Positions 25,840-35,676 are shown, numbered from the stretch's first letter. The stretch is DNA of 64,000 nucleotides from Gemmatimonadota bacterium (GCA_038153405.1 JAYOYH010000003.1:107258-171257); one strand, 5' to 3'. Made by a program: numbers and translations. Notes: generated from the sequence alone by a model not told the origin.

Positions 25840-28272
25840 TCAGCCCCCCCATCCGAGCAGCACGCGCGAGCGCTCTACCGCCGCGGCCCACAGCGGCCAC
25901 TGCGTGCACGCCCCGTAGAGCAGAGCGACCAACACGCCTTGGGCACAGGCTACGGCAAGCGAACGCGCCGTGCCCAGCGGGCGCAGCGCATGCAAAGGCG
26001 AAGCCTGCGGCGTGCGGCGCCCCATCAGGACAAGAGCAAGGCACCAAGCGGCCCAGCCCACACCACTAACCCACAGCCCCATTCGAAAACTACTCGATTC
26101 AAAGCGAAAGACGACTTGGCGCGCGCCCGGCTCGACCCGCACGGCGCGAAAGACGTGGTTGGCCCTTAAAATCGGTCGTTCGATGCCGTCGACAAAGGCG
26201 CGCCAACCCGGATAGTAAGTATCGCTCAGCACCAGCATACCGCCGCCATTATCGCGCAGATCTACCACGACCTCCTCGTTGGCATAGCGCGTAATCTCGG
26301 CGTGCCCACCCCCCGCAGGTACGCGACCGGGAACGGGCTGTTCTTCCAGCAATACGCGCTCGACGCTAGCGGCTCCGCGCTGCAGTTGGCGCAGCCTCTC
26401 CCCGTCGTCTGTGACTACTGCGTAGTCGGCGGCAATATAGGCGCGTGGCGCGCTGTCCACGACTCGATACACCCGTATCTGGCCGTCGCTGATCGAGCGC
26501 AGACCCGATTCGTTCATCGCCCCGTAGCTAATGGCATACTCTACTCCGGCTACGCGTGCGACCTGCGGATAGGCTCTGGCAAAATCCCAGTGGCGACTCA
26601 GATGCAGCGGACTCCACCCCGGCATGGCATTGCCCAAGCCATAAAGTCCCCCGCTATAGGGACGCAGCGTCTCGGTATACCGCCGATATGAGGAGCGGTC
26701 TACGGCCCAACCTGCGTGCCAGTCAAAGGGAGCATTTTGCTCGTTGACCAAGCTTATTACGCGGGCCGGCGCAATGCCCTGATGATCATCGGCAATGGCT
26801 TGGGCCGTCGGAGGAACCCGTTTGTATACTTCGGGCTCGACCACGGCGTTAAAATCACCGCCGAAAGTGTAGAGTTCCAGCAGCAGGATGCAGGGTACAA
26901 ATAGCACGGCCCCACGCCGAACCCACCCGGACAGCAGTACGTATCCAAACACCAGCACGAGGAACAATCGCAGTGCATCAAAGCGCAGATGTTCGGCATA
27001 GCGAACCAGATCCGATCCTCCGCGAGCGGCGAGCCACTCGCCATCGGAGACTAATACCTCTGCGTTGAGCCATAAAGCACTTGCTCCCAAAACCGCAAGA
27101 AAGACTACAAAGCCCCGGCCGCGCACTCGCCGTCTCTCTGCATCGAGCAGCGCGCTGCAGCCCAGTCCGGCCAAAGCACTTATCGCAAAGGTAAAAAAGA
27201 GCAGGAAACGCGTGGGTATGCGAAAAAAACTCAGGCCGGGTATGCCGTAGAGTAGCTCGAAAAAACCCGTGTACTCACCCAGTGCAAGCACCAGCCCTAG
27301 CCCAGCCAATAGCGCGAGAAAACCGACGGGTTCGCGGCGGTCGGCGCGCAGGGCAACCCACGCCAGCACCAGGGTCAGCACGCCGACAAAGGGGCATAGC
27401 TGAATAAAGAAACCGGCCGAGCGACCCCAGTAGGTGCTCTGCGCGGAATTGCCGTGCAGGTTGGGCAGCAGCAGTTCCAATAGGCGTTCGGGCGGCAGCG
27501 ACATATTGACAAACTGCTGCCAGGAAACTCCCTCGCTGCGCACGGAAAGCTGCGTCAGTTCATATGTCGGTAGCAGCTGCACGGCGGCCAGCGCCACGCC
27601 AATCATCGGCACCGCGGCCAGCGCGGCGTAATACGACCAAGATCTCCGCCCCACCAACCCCATATAAAGCCCATAGGCCATGCCGACGAGCAGGCCGTAT
27701 CCTGCCGCCTGCGGATGGCCGGCCAGCAACTGCAGCGCCACAACCGCGCCCGCTCCTAGCAGATAGGCCCCGTTTCCGCGCTCGACAAAGCGTCCTACAA
27801 AGATCAGCAAGACCGGCAGCCATGCACAGGCGTCTACGAAGTTGGGCGACATGGCGCGAACGACCATATAGCCGGAAAGGGCATAGGCCAACCCACCCGT
27901 TAGGGCGGCAACGGCTTGGGCGCGCCAGAGGCGCAGCAGCCCGTACATGCCCGCCGCCGCCAACCAGAGGTGAAAGGCGAGATTGAGGCTGATTCCCCAG
28001 TGGGTGGGCAGCGCGCTGGTAAGCCAGTTAAACGGGTAGAGCGGACCGGCCTGTCCCTCGGCCAGCAGGGGAAACCCGCAGTTAATCGCCGGGTCCCACA
28101 GGGGCAATTGGCCACCGCGCAGGTGGCGCGCAAAAAAGTCGCGGAACGGGTAGTTTTGCACCATGACGTCCTGGACAAAGAAGGCGCCACCCGCTAAGGT
28201 CGCCTGCCAGAAAAAACCCACCACCACCGCGGCTAGTAGGCCCAAATAGGCGCATTCTCGCCGCCAATTCAC
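25840..28272 (-). CDS. YfhO-family polytopic membrane protein (glycan/lipid-linked glycosyltransferase family)
   Basis: C-terminal signature DTYYPGWRAFVDGIERPILRANHVFRAVRV. Many TM helices. GTG start at 28272 forms a GTGA overlap with the upstream stop. The track ORF to 28515 would overlap the upstream gene by 246 nt. Confidence 0.65.
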   Translation of the reverse strand: MNWRRECAYLGLLAAVVVGFFWQATLAGGAFFVQDVMVQNYPFRDFFARHLRGGQLPLWDPAINCGFPLLAEGQAGPLYPFNWLTSALPTHWGISLNLAFHLWLAAAGMYGLLRLWRAQAVAALTGGLAYALSGYMVVRAMSPNFVDACAWLPVLLIFVGRFVERGNGAYLLGAGAVVALQLLAGHPQAAGYGLLVGMAYGLYMGLVGRRSWSYYAALAAVPMIGVALAAVQLLPTYELTQLSVRSEGVSWQQFVNMSLPPERLLELLLPNLHGNSAQSTYWGRSAGFFIQLCPFVGVLTLVLAWVALRADRREPVGFLALLAGLGLVLALGEYTGFFELLYGIPGLSFFRIPTRFLLFFTFAISALAGLGCSALLDAERRRVRGRGFVVFLAVLGASALWLNAEVLVSDGEWLAARGGSDLVRYAEHLRFDALRLFLVLVFGYVLLSGWVRRGAVLFVPCILLLELYTFGGDFNAVVEPEVYKRVPPTAQAIADDHQGIAPARVISLVNEQNAPFDWHAGWAVDRSSYRRYTETLRPYSGGLYGLGNAMPGWSPLHLSRHWDFARAYPQVARVAGVEYAISYGAMNESGLRSISDGQIRVYRVVDSAPRAYIAADYAVVTDDGERLRQLQRGAASVERVLLEEQPVPGRVPAGGGHAEITRYANEEVVVDLRDNGGGMLVLSDTYYPGWRAFVDGIERPILRANHVFRAVRVEPGARQVVFRFESSSFRMGLWVSGVGWAAWCLALVLMGRRTPQASPLHALRPLGTARSLAVACAQGVLVALLYGACTQWPLWAAAVERSRVLLGWGG

Positions 28273-29414
28273 CGAGCACCTTCTCCCTCGCCGCGGACGT
28301 GTTCGCACAGCGCAGCGGCGGCCAGCGCGTGCCCGCTGGCATTCCAATGGCTGTCGCGCAAATAGAGCGCGCGCTGCTGGGCGGCCGATGCAAAGCGAGG
28401 ATATAAATCGAGTAAATCGATCCCGTAGCGGGAGGTGAGATCGGCCAAGTAGCGATTGGGTTTGTGCAGATCGTAGTCGGCGTCCAATCCGTGCAGCGCG
28501 CGCTTTTCCTGCCAATTGCGCTCTTCTATCTGCACGATCGACGGCGCATAGACGACGAGGAATTCGGCACCGGATTGGCGCACGGCCCTATTGAAGTCGC
28601 GCAATAGCATGCCGGTCAGTTCCCATACGGGCTGCCACTGGCCCTCGGCGTCCAGCCCGTATAGCCCGTCGTAAAACTGCGAATGCTGGGCAACAGCTCC
28701 CTCCGTCCGCAGCGCCTTTTCGACTAGGGCAAACACGTGCCAGTGCGAGCGCAAGTAGCGCTCGGCGCGCTGGCTGAGTGAACCCCCTTCATAACGATCC
28801 GCATCCCAGTAGCGCGTTTTGCGCACCGGAACGCCCAGCAATTCGAGTCGGCCATCGCGCGCGGGGCGAAAATAGGGCTTGTAGCCCTGCTCGGCTCCAA
28901 TGCCCCGCGACGAGGCATTGTTCCACAGATCGTTGCCGTAAAACAGCAATACGACAAGGTCGGGCTGGTAGACTTTCCCCAATTTCTCAAAGAGGAGATA
29001 CGCCTGGTCCGTGCCGTAGCCTGCCACGCCAAAATTCAGCACTTCGACCGCTTCTCCCCTATCGCGCAGGCATGCCTGCAGACGCGTGCTGAGCATCTGG
29101 CCGCTTTCCACCCCCCAGCCTTCGGCAAAGGAATCGCCGAACACCAGCACCCGGCGAACCCCCTCTCCCTTTTGCCGCTGATGGGCCGGCGAGCGCAGGC
29201 CGTCCTCGTTGATTTCTATGTCAATATCGAACTCGGGCGTGACAAGGCGCCCCCGCCCGCCCGCCACGTGCGACCAGCCCAACTCGGCGTCAAACTGCCA
29301 TATATTGGGCGGACGGCGATGGACTTGTGGATGCCATACCGACAGCACGCCCTCGCACAGCAGCAATCCGGCAGCGAGGGCAAAGGCAGCCAAAAGCCAG
29401 GGCGTTCCCCTCAT
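28269..29414 (-). CDS. SGNH/GDSL-family hydrolase (AlgX/AlgJ-like esterase or acyltransferase fold), membrane-anchored
   Basis: VLVFGDSFAEGWG (GDS block). C-terminal DSHWNASGH (D-x-x-H). N-terminal hydrophobic anchor. Confidence 0.6.
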   Translation of the reverse strand: MRGTPWLLAAFALAAGLLLCEGVLSVWHPQVHRRPPNIWQFDAELGWSHVAGGRGRLVTPEFDIDIEINEDGLRSPAHQRQKGEGVRRVLVFGDSFAEGWGVESGQMLSTRLQACLRDRGEAVEVLNFGVAGYGTDQAYLLFEKLGKVYQPDLVVLLFYGNDLWNNASSRGIGAEQGYKPYFRPARDGRLELLGVPVRKTRYWDADRYEGGSLSQRAERYLRSHWHVFALVEKALRTEGAVAQHSQFYDGLYGLDAEGQWQPVWELTGMLLRDFNRAVRQSGAEFLVVYAPSIVQIEERNWQEKRALHGLDADYDLHKPNRYLADLTSRYGIDLLDLYPRFASAAQQRALYLRDSHWNASGHALAAAALCEHVRGEGEGAR

Positions 29415-29451
29415 TCTTCAACTCTTCGTTGCATGCGTTTAGAATGCTCCA

Positions 29452-29474
29452 TGGACCAGCAAAATACTGGTCCA
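29452..29474. promoter_or_regulatory. 8-bp perfect inverted repeat TGGACCAG-N7-CTGGTCCA in a divergent promoter region
   Basis: Read directly. 38 nt upstream of the SGNH gene start and about 125 nt upstream of the epimerase gene. Confidence 0.4.
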
Positions 29475-29599
29475 CCTCCCCCATGTCAACGAGGCGCATT
29501 TGCTCACCAATAATATCCTATCTATATTCTTTTGCTGGATGTTGCACAGATAAAACACGGCTCTTCACCGGAGCCTAAACACAGCTGAATCACCACCGC

Positions 29600-30715
29600 A
29601 TGAATCGCATTCTCGTCACCGGGGGCGCCGGATTTATCGGCTCCCATACCGTCGACCTACTGGTCCAAAAAGGCTATCGCGTTCGCATTATGGATGCGCT
29701 ACAAGAGCGCGTTCACCCTCACGGCTGGCCCAGTTACATACCCAATGGCGTCGAGCGCCTGCAGGGCGACGTGCGCCAGCGCGCCGATTGGGACAAGGCT
29801 CTCGAGGGCGTTGACGGCGTCATCCACCTGGCCGCCTACCAAGACTACATGACGGACTTCTCCACCTTCCACCACGTCAATACCGTCGGCGCGACGCTGC
29901 TCTATGAGCGCATCGTCGCCGATAAATTGCCGGTGCAAAAAGTAGTCCTCGCTTCTTCGCAGGCCACTTATGGAGAGGGCAAATATCGCTGTGGCGAACA
30001 CGGCATCCAGTATCCCGATTCGCGCCCCGATACCCAGTTGGCCCAAGGCGATTGGGAGGTCCACTGCCCGCTCTGCCAGCGACCCATGACGCACGAGCAA
30101 ATAACCGAGGATCGGGTCCAACCCCATACGACCTACGGCATTTCGAAATACGCAGCCGAGTTGACTTCGTTCAGTTTAGGGCGCAAATACGATATTCCAA
30201 CGGTCAATATGCGCTATTCCATTGTGCAGGGGCCGCGCAATTCCTTTTTCAACGCCTATTCGGGCATCTGCCGCATCTTCACGCTGCGCTTGCTCAACGA
30301 CCAGCCCCCCATCTGTTACGAAGACGGCCAATCCCTGCGCGACTACGTCTACGTCGGCGATGTGGCCCGCGCCAACGTGCTCTGCCTCGAGGACGAGCGG
30401 GCCAATTTCCGCGCCTTTAACGTCGGCGGCCAGTGCGGAACGACCGTCCTCGACTACGCCCGCCTGGTCGCCCGTGTCACCGGCAGAGACATCGAGCCCC
30501 TGGTCAGCGGCGACTATCGCTTTGGCGACACGCGCCACACCGTATCCTCGTGGTCGGCGCTTGGGGCGCTTGACTGGCGACCGGAAACGGCGCTTGAAGA
30601 TATCGTAGCACACTATGTAGAATGGGTGAAGCAGCAGCCCGACTTGCGCGACTTCTATGCCGAGAGTGAGCGGAAAATGCGCGCAGCCAACGTCATCCGC
30701 ACCGCAGCCACGTGA
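29600..30715 (+). CDS. NAD-dependent epimerase/dehydratase (extended SDR) with Cys/His-rich insert
   Basis: VTGGAGFIGSH Rossmann motif. YGISKYAAE (YxxxK). Insert CGEH...HCPLC between the catalytic Ser and Tyr. Confidence 0.75.
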   Translation: MNRILVTGGAGFIGSHTVDLLVQKGYRVRIMDALQERVHPHGWPSYIPNGVERLQGDVRQRADWDKALEGVDGVIHLAAYQDYMTDFSTFHHVNTVGATLLYERIVADKLPVQKVVLASSQATYGEGKYRCGEHGIQYPDSRPDTQLAQGDWEVHCPLCQRPMTHEQITEDRVQPHTTYGISKYAAELTSFSLGRKYDIPTVNMRYSIVQGPRNSFFNAYSGICRIFTLRLLNDQPPICYEDGQSLRDYVYVGDVARANVLCLEDERANFRAFNVGGQCGTTVLDYARLVARVTGRDIEPLVSGDYRFGDTRHTVSSWSALGALDWRPETALEDIVAHYVEWVKQQPDLRDFYAESERKMRAANVIRTAAT

Positions 30716-31434
30716 AGGCGATGATCCTAGCCGCCGGCCGCGGAACGCGCCTGCGCCCCCTAACCGATACCGTGCCCAAGCCGATGATTCCCTTTGCCGG
30801 CACGCCGCTGCTCGAACACATAATCAACCTGCTGGCCCAACACGGATTCTCGGAACTATTCATCAACCTGCACCACCTACCCGACGTCATCTGCAACTAC
30901 TTCGGCGATGGAACGCAGTGGGGCGTTCACATAACCTATTCCATCGAGCGCGAGCTGCTCGGCACGGCCGGCGCCGTGCGCGCCCTAGCGCACCATTTTG
31001 ACGAGCCCTTCCTCGTTTACTACGGCGATAATTTGACCAACTTCGATCTGGGTGATCTGCACCTAGCGCATGCGCGTGAAGGCGAAATAGCCAGCATTGG
31101 ACTGCTGTGGATGGACGATCCGACGACCCGCGGCATCATCGGCTTGGATGCGCGTGGACGCATCGATCGCTTTGTGGAAAAACCGCGCATGGATCAGGTA
31201 TTTGACGACTACCTGATTAACGCCGGAACCTACGTGCTGAATCCGGACATCATCGACTACATTCCCACCGAGCAGCCGAGCGACTTTAGCCACGATATCT
31301 TCCCCGCACTGCGCCGAGCGGGCGTGCCGCTGTACGGGCACCGCATGCGCGGTCAACTCCTTTCTACCGATACTTCCGACCGCTATCAACACGCCTGTCA
31401 ATGCGTAGCGTCGGGCGCCTTTTCCCTTCCTTGA
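30712..31434 (+). CDS. sugar-1-phosphate nucleotidyltransferase
   Basis: MILAAGRGTRLRPLTDTVPKPMIPFAG signature. GTG 30712 (GTGA overlap with epimerase stop) or ATG 30721. Confidence 0.75.
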   Translation: MKAMILAAGRGTRLRPLTDTVPKPMIPFAGTPLLEHIINLLAQHGFSELFINLHHLPDVICNYFGDGTQWGVHITYSIERELLGTAGAVRALAHHFDEPFLVYYGDNLTNFDLGDLHLAHAREGEIASIGLLWMDDPTTRGIIGLDARGRIDRFVEKPRMDQVFDDYLINAGTYVLNPDIIDYIPTEQPSDFSHDIFPALRRAGVPLYGHRMRGQLLSTDTSDRYQHACQCVASGAFSLP

Positions 31435-31444
31435 GAGGTCCCAT

Positions 31445-32434
31445 TTGATCACGACGAGAGCGCCACTGCGCATACCTCTGGGCGGCGGTGGAACCGATCT
31501 GCCCTCATACTACATGGACCATGGCGGCTTTGTCCTGAGCGTCGGCATCGATAAATACGTCTACATCCACTTGAACGCGCTGAAGGTAGAAAATTTTATT
31601 CGCGTCAAATACTCCGAAACGGAGCGCGTCGACCATCCCAGCGCCATCACCCACCCTCTGCTGCGCGAGGCCCTATTACACACGCACGTCAACGGCGGCC
31701 TGGAGATTAGCGCCATGGCCGATATTCCTGGGCGCACCGGCATGGGGTCCTCCGGCTCCTTTACCGTCGCTCTGCTGGCTGCCATTCACGCCTACAAGCG
31801 CGAGCAGGTACCCATTCAGGAACTGGCCGAAGAGGCGCATTACGTAGAAGCTGGACGCGCCGCTCAGCCCGCCGGCAAGCACGACCACTACCTCGGTGCC
31901 TTTGGCGGAGTTACCTGCCTCGACATCGATCACTCTGGCAAGGTCGACGTCTCGTCGCTGAAGCTGTCCGAGCACGTTGAAGAGGAACTGCCCAACAGCC
32001 TGGTAGTATTCTTTACCGGCATCCAGCGCGAGAGCTTTGATATTCTATCCCAACAGAATAGAGACACGCAGGCCGGCGACAGCGCCGTCATCGACAGCCT
32101 GCACGAGACCAAACGCATAGGCTTCGAAGTGCGCGATGCACTGGTCGAGGGCGACTTAGATCGCTTCGGACAATTGCTGCACGAACACTGGCTCAACAAA
32201 AAGAAGCGCTCGGTGCAGATGTCCAATTCGCAGATCGACCGCTGGTACCAAATTGGCATTGAAGCCGGTGCGCTGGGCGGCAAAATTCTCGGCGCCGGCG
32301 GCGGCGGATTCCTCATGTTTTACTGCCCCGCCGAGCACCGCTGGAACCTGCGCGAACGCATGGCCCAAGAGAACTTACACGAGATGCACTTTCGCTTTGA
32401 TATGGAAGGTGTCAAAGTGCTGATGAACGTCTGA
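31445..32434 (+). CDS. GHMP-family sugar kinase (HddA-like heptose-7-phosphate kinase type)
   Basis: APLRIPLGGGGTDLPSYY N-terminus. GMGSSGS GHMP motif. TTG start with GAGAGG RBS. Confidence 0.65.
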   Translation: MITTRAPLRIPLGGGGTDLPSYYMDHGGFVLSVGIDKYVYIHLNALKVENFIRVKYSETERVDHPSAITHPLLREALLHTHVNGGLEISAMADIPGRTGMGSSGSFTVALLAAIHAYKREQVPIQELAEEAHYVEAGRAAQPAGKHDHYLGAFGGVTCLDIDHSGKVDVSSLKLSEHVEEELPNSLVVFFTGIQRESFDILSQQNRDTQAGDSAVIDSLHETKRIGFEVRDALVEGDLDRFGQLLHEHWLNKKKRSVQMSNSQIDRWYQIGIEAGALGGKILGAGGGGFLMFYCPAEHRWNLRERMAQENLHEMHFRFDMEGVKVLMNV

Positions 32435-33273
32435 TGCAATCGCTGCAGCTAGGCCGGGTGAATGTCTCGCATATACAAGGAGGCTTCTTCCGCTTGGACG
32501 GCGGCACGATGTTTGGCGTGGTCCCCAAGGCACTGTGGGAACAGCGGGCAGCGGCCGATGCACAAAACCGCGTTCGCCTTGCTTGCAACTGCCTGCTGGT
32601 CCGCACTCCCGACGTCCTAGCCGTGGTCGACAGCGGATTTGGCACCCGCCTAGATGCCCGCGCCAGAGCGCTCTACGGCATCGAAGAGCATCCCACCCTA
32701 CTCGACTCACTTGCCGCCGCCGGCGCAGGACCGGAAGACGTGGATTTGGTCGTTCTCACCCACCTGCACTTCGACCATTTGGCCGGCCTACTCATCGGGG
32801 AAGGCGCCGACCTCAAGGCGACATTTCCCCGCGCGACCCACTGCGTTCAGCGCGGTGAATGGCGCGATGCCATGGACGGTCGCAGCACGATGAAAAGCAG
32901 CTACCGGCCCGAAGATTTACACGTGCTCGAATCCCAGGTTGCGCTCAATCTACTCTACGGCGACAGCGAGCTTACTCCACACTTGTCGACCTTTATAACG
33001 GGCGGCCATACGGAGTGGCATCAGGGCGTAGCCGTGACAGGCGACGGTCAGCGCTTGGTATACCCCGGCGATTTAATACCTACGCGCGCCCACTTGCGCA
33101 CCTATTGGAACATGGCCTATGATATGTTCCCCCTGCAAACCATCGAGCGCAAAAACCAGCTCATCGCCGACGCAGTGCGCCACCAATGGGTAGTAGCCTG
33201 GGACCACGATCCCGGCACGCCTTGGAGCCGCTTGGAAAAGCGCGATGATCACATCTCAGCGGTCACTCCCTGA
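32434..33273 (+). CDS. MBL-fold metallo-hydrolase
   Basis: LTHLHFDHLAGL metal-binding motif. TGATG overlap with the upstream stop. Confidence 0.7.
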   Translation: MQSLQLGRVNVSHIQGGFFRLDGGTMFGVVPKALWEQRAAADAQNRVRLACNCLLVRTPDVLAVVDSGFGTRLDARARALYGIEEHPTLLDSLAAAGAGPEDVDLVVLTHLHFDHLAGLLIGEGADLKATFPRATHCVQRGEWRDAMDGRSTMKSSYRPEDLHVLESQVALNLLYGDSELTPHLSTFITGGHTEWHQGVAVTGDGQRLVYPGDLIPTRAHLRTYWNMAYDMFPLQTIERKNQLIADAVRHQWVVAWDHDPGTPWSRLEKRDDHISAVTP

Positions 33274-33282
33274 AAGCCGTCC

Positions 33283-34149
33283 ATGAACAACACCCCAGTT
33301 CATCTTCTCGACATGCCCTCCTATGAACCGCTGTCCGCCATTTTATGCTGCGATCAGTTCGATCGCGGACTCAATGGTTGGACCGGACTCATCGGCAATT
33401 ACGAGGACAGTCTCGACGCCATCCTGCCGGCCTATAGCGACCTGCGCCCTCCCATGCTCAGCAACGCCAGCACTTGGGACACCGGCACGGGCGGCGCCCT
33501 CTCGGGCACCTATGCAATGAAACTGGCGACGCGCCCGCAGCGCTCTTCATTGGCCGTCGCCGTCAAGCGCCTGACCTTTCGCCGCGCGACCCGCATCCGC
33601 CTGGAGACCTACTTCGCCTTTAAGCCTGAAGCGAGTGAACTGCGCCTGTCGGAAACGGATGTGCACTCGGTCGGCGTGCTCTTCGACCTGCAGGACGAGC
33701 GCGAGCGCGTCATGCCGCATCTGCAGTATTTGAATGCCGTGGACGGCCAGCACCAGGCGCGCTGGCAGTACAAGCGCCAATCCCCCACCTTTCACGCCAT
33801 CGGCGGAACGGGCAAAACCGTTTCGCACTTTCACTTGGCCGAAGAAGGCTGGGAAGACGTGCCCAGTGGAGGACAATTGCTATGCTACAACGAAATCGCC
33901 ACCAAAAAAAACTGGCACTACCTGCGCGTCGGCGTCGATCTGGCGACGATGTCCTTTTGCGAATTTCAGTGCAACGATCGCCACTTCGATACGGACGCCA
34001 TAGCCCCTATGAAAATGCCGGCCATGGCCAATCTTTGGTGCATGCTCAACGTCGTGCTCTTCGCCCGTGCCGGCAGCAGCAAGCGCGCGTTTCTCTATCT
34101 CGACTCCGCGCTGCTATCTGCCGACATTATCCCAGATGAGGTTTCGTGA
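33283..34149 (+). CDS. hypothetical protein
   Basis: 288 aa. No recognisable motif. ATGA overlap with the next ORF. Confidence 0.4.
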   Translation: MNNTPVHLLDMPSYEPLSAILCCDQFDRGLNGWTGLIGNYEDSLDAILPAYSDLRPPMLSNASTWDTGTGGALSGTYAMKLATRPQRSSLAVAVKRLTFRRATRIRLETYFAFKPEASELRLSETDVHSVGVLFDLQDERERVMPHLQYLNAVDGQHQARWQYKRQSPTFHAIGGTGKTVSHFHLAEEGWEDVPSGGQLLCYNEIATKKNWHYLRVGVDLATMSFCEFQCNDRHFDTDAIAPMKMPAMANLWCMLNVVLFARAGSSKRAFLYLDSALLSADIIPDEVS

Positions 34150-34478
34150 TGCGCGAAAGCCACTTGGCCGTCATCGAGCGCAACGTCGAATGGAGCGATT
34201 CCATTGTCACCGAACCCTATGAGGTGGCCTGGGCAAGCGAAGCCATCTTTTTCGTGCGGATTCTCGACGCCCAGTGCACGTTGCCCACCGAACTCAGAGT
34301 CCAACTATCGCCTGACGGCATGCATTGGTGCGACGAGGGCAGCCTGCTCCACATAGATTGGAAGAGCGAGATCTACTTCGTTCGCGTTTCCCATTTTGGC
34401 GGATGGCTACGCCTGACCGGCCAGATGACTCCGAACCAGCGCGCGCGCATCATCGCCTATTTACAGCTCAAGGAATAA
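34146..34478 (+). CDS. hypothetical protein
   Basis: 110 aa. Translationally coupled to 33283..34149. Confidence 0.35.
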   Translation: MMRESHLAVIERNVEWSDSIVTEPYEVAWASEAIFFVRILDAQCTLPTELRVQLSPDGMHWCDEGSLLHIDWKSEIYFVRVSHFGGWLRLTGQMTPNQRARIIAYLQLKE

Positions 34479-34506
34479 CCTCGCACACAGCCGCACACAG
34501 CGGCCG

Positions 34507-34785
34507 ATGCGTTCACCGATTGTGAGAATTATGGCACTCGAAGTAATCGAAATAACGCCCAAGCATAAAGAGCTGCTCACCCGCCTGAGCGAACTCATAC
34601 CCGATCTCGACCCCAATGGATCGACGAGCATGCAGCGCATCTTCGGCCTGGGCCTCATTGCGTTGACTATGCAGGTGACCAACCGCGCCCGCCAACAGCG
34701 CCAAGACGCGCTCGTTGAAGAGTTGGGCGCCCTCGCGCGCGAAATGGTCGAAGCCGAAGGCTGGGACCCCGCGCAGGAAGAATAG
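34507..34785 (+). CDS. hypothetical small protein
   Basis: 92 aa (or from ATG 34531). Between the unknown pair and the SDR gene. Confidence 0.3.
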   Translation: MRSPIVRIMALEVIEITPKHKELLTRLSELIPDLDPNGSTSMQRIFGLGLIALTMQVTNRARQQRQDALVEELGALAREMVEAEGWDPAQEE

Positions 34786-34792
34786 GAATACC

Positions 34793-35575
34793 ATGGAGAT
34801 TCCCACAGATTCGACTACCCTATTTCGACTAGATGACCAGGTGGCCTTTGTCACCGGGGGCAGCAAGGGCCTTGGCGAAGCCATGGCGACAGCGCTTTCG
34901 GGGGCCGGTGCCCGCGTTGCCATTAGCAGTCGCCATCTCGAAGAGGCACGGGACGTAGCGCAGCGCATAAGCAGCAAAACCGGCGGCCAGGTCCTATCCG
35001 TGCGCGCAGACGTCAGCCAGCGCCAGCAGGTCGAAGACTCCGTGCAGCAAGTATCCGACGCACTGGGTCCCATCGACGTTTTGGTCAACAACGCCGGCAT
35101 TAATATCCGCTCGCCGATCGTCGATTTGCGCGACGAAGACTGGGAAGCGGTCATCGCCACCAACCTGAGCGGCCCTATGTATTACTGCCGCGCCGTCGGG
35201 CGCCACATGCTCGAACGTCGCTACGGCCGCATTATCAATCTCGGCTCGACGCTCTCGCATATCTCGATCGTCGATCGCACGCCCTATGCCTCCAGTAAGG
35301 GAGGCCTAGTCCAACTCACGCGCACGCTGGCCCTGGAATGGGCCGAATCTGGGATTACGGTCAATGCCATCTGCCCCGGGCCTTTTGCCACGCCGATCAA
35401 CCAAGTGCTCCTAGAGGACCCGCGCAAAGCCGAGGAAATGCAGTCAAAGGTGCCGATGCGGCGCTGGGGCGATCCGGCCGAACTGGCTACGACGGTGCTC
35501 TATTTTGCCTCGCGCGCCTCGAGCTTTACGACGGGGGCCGTGCTCTTAGTAGACGGCGGCTATACCAGCCAATAA
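34793..35575 (+). CDS. SDR-family oxidoreductase (FabG-like)
   Basis: VTGGSKGLGEA Rossmann motif. NNAG. YASSKGG (YxxxK). ATG 34793. Confidence 0.8.
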   Translation: MEIPTDSTTLFRLDDQVAFVTGGSKGLGEAMATALSGAGARVAISSRHLEEARDVAQRISSKTGGQVLSVRADVSQRQQVEDSVQQVSDALGPIDVLVNNAGINIRSPIVDLRDEDWEAVIATNLSGPMYYCRAVGRHMLERRYGRIINLGSTLSHISIVDRTPYASSKGGLVQLTRTLALEWAESGITVNAICPGPFATPINQVLLEDPRKAEEMQSKVPMRRWGDPAELATTVLYFASRASSFTTGAVLLVDGGYTSQ

Positions 35576-35606
35576 AAAAGCGGACCGCACTTACGCGCCG
35601 TCCGCA
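35571..35606 (-). terminator. intrinsic terminator for 35677..37482 (hairpin GCGGACCGC...GCGCCGTCCGC followed by a T-run on the minus strand)
   Basis: Read directly. The stem-loop is followed by TTTTTTATT on the minus strand and overlaps the stop of the convergent SDR gene. Confidence 0.5.
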
Positions 35607-35676
35607 CTATACAACCACCAACTGTCCACCAGGTAGACCGCGTTGATACAGCGGCACCAGCAGCCTGCCGTCGATA

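Noticed and set aside
34513-35163. 216-aa minus-strand ORF
   Set aside because: Antisense to the SDR gene and the small ORF 34507..34785. No start context.
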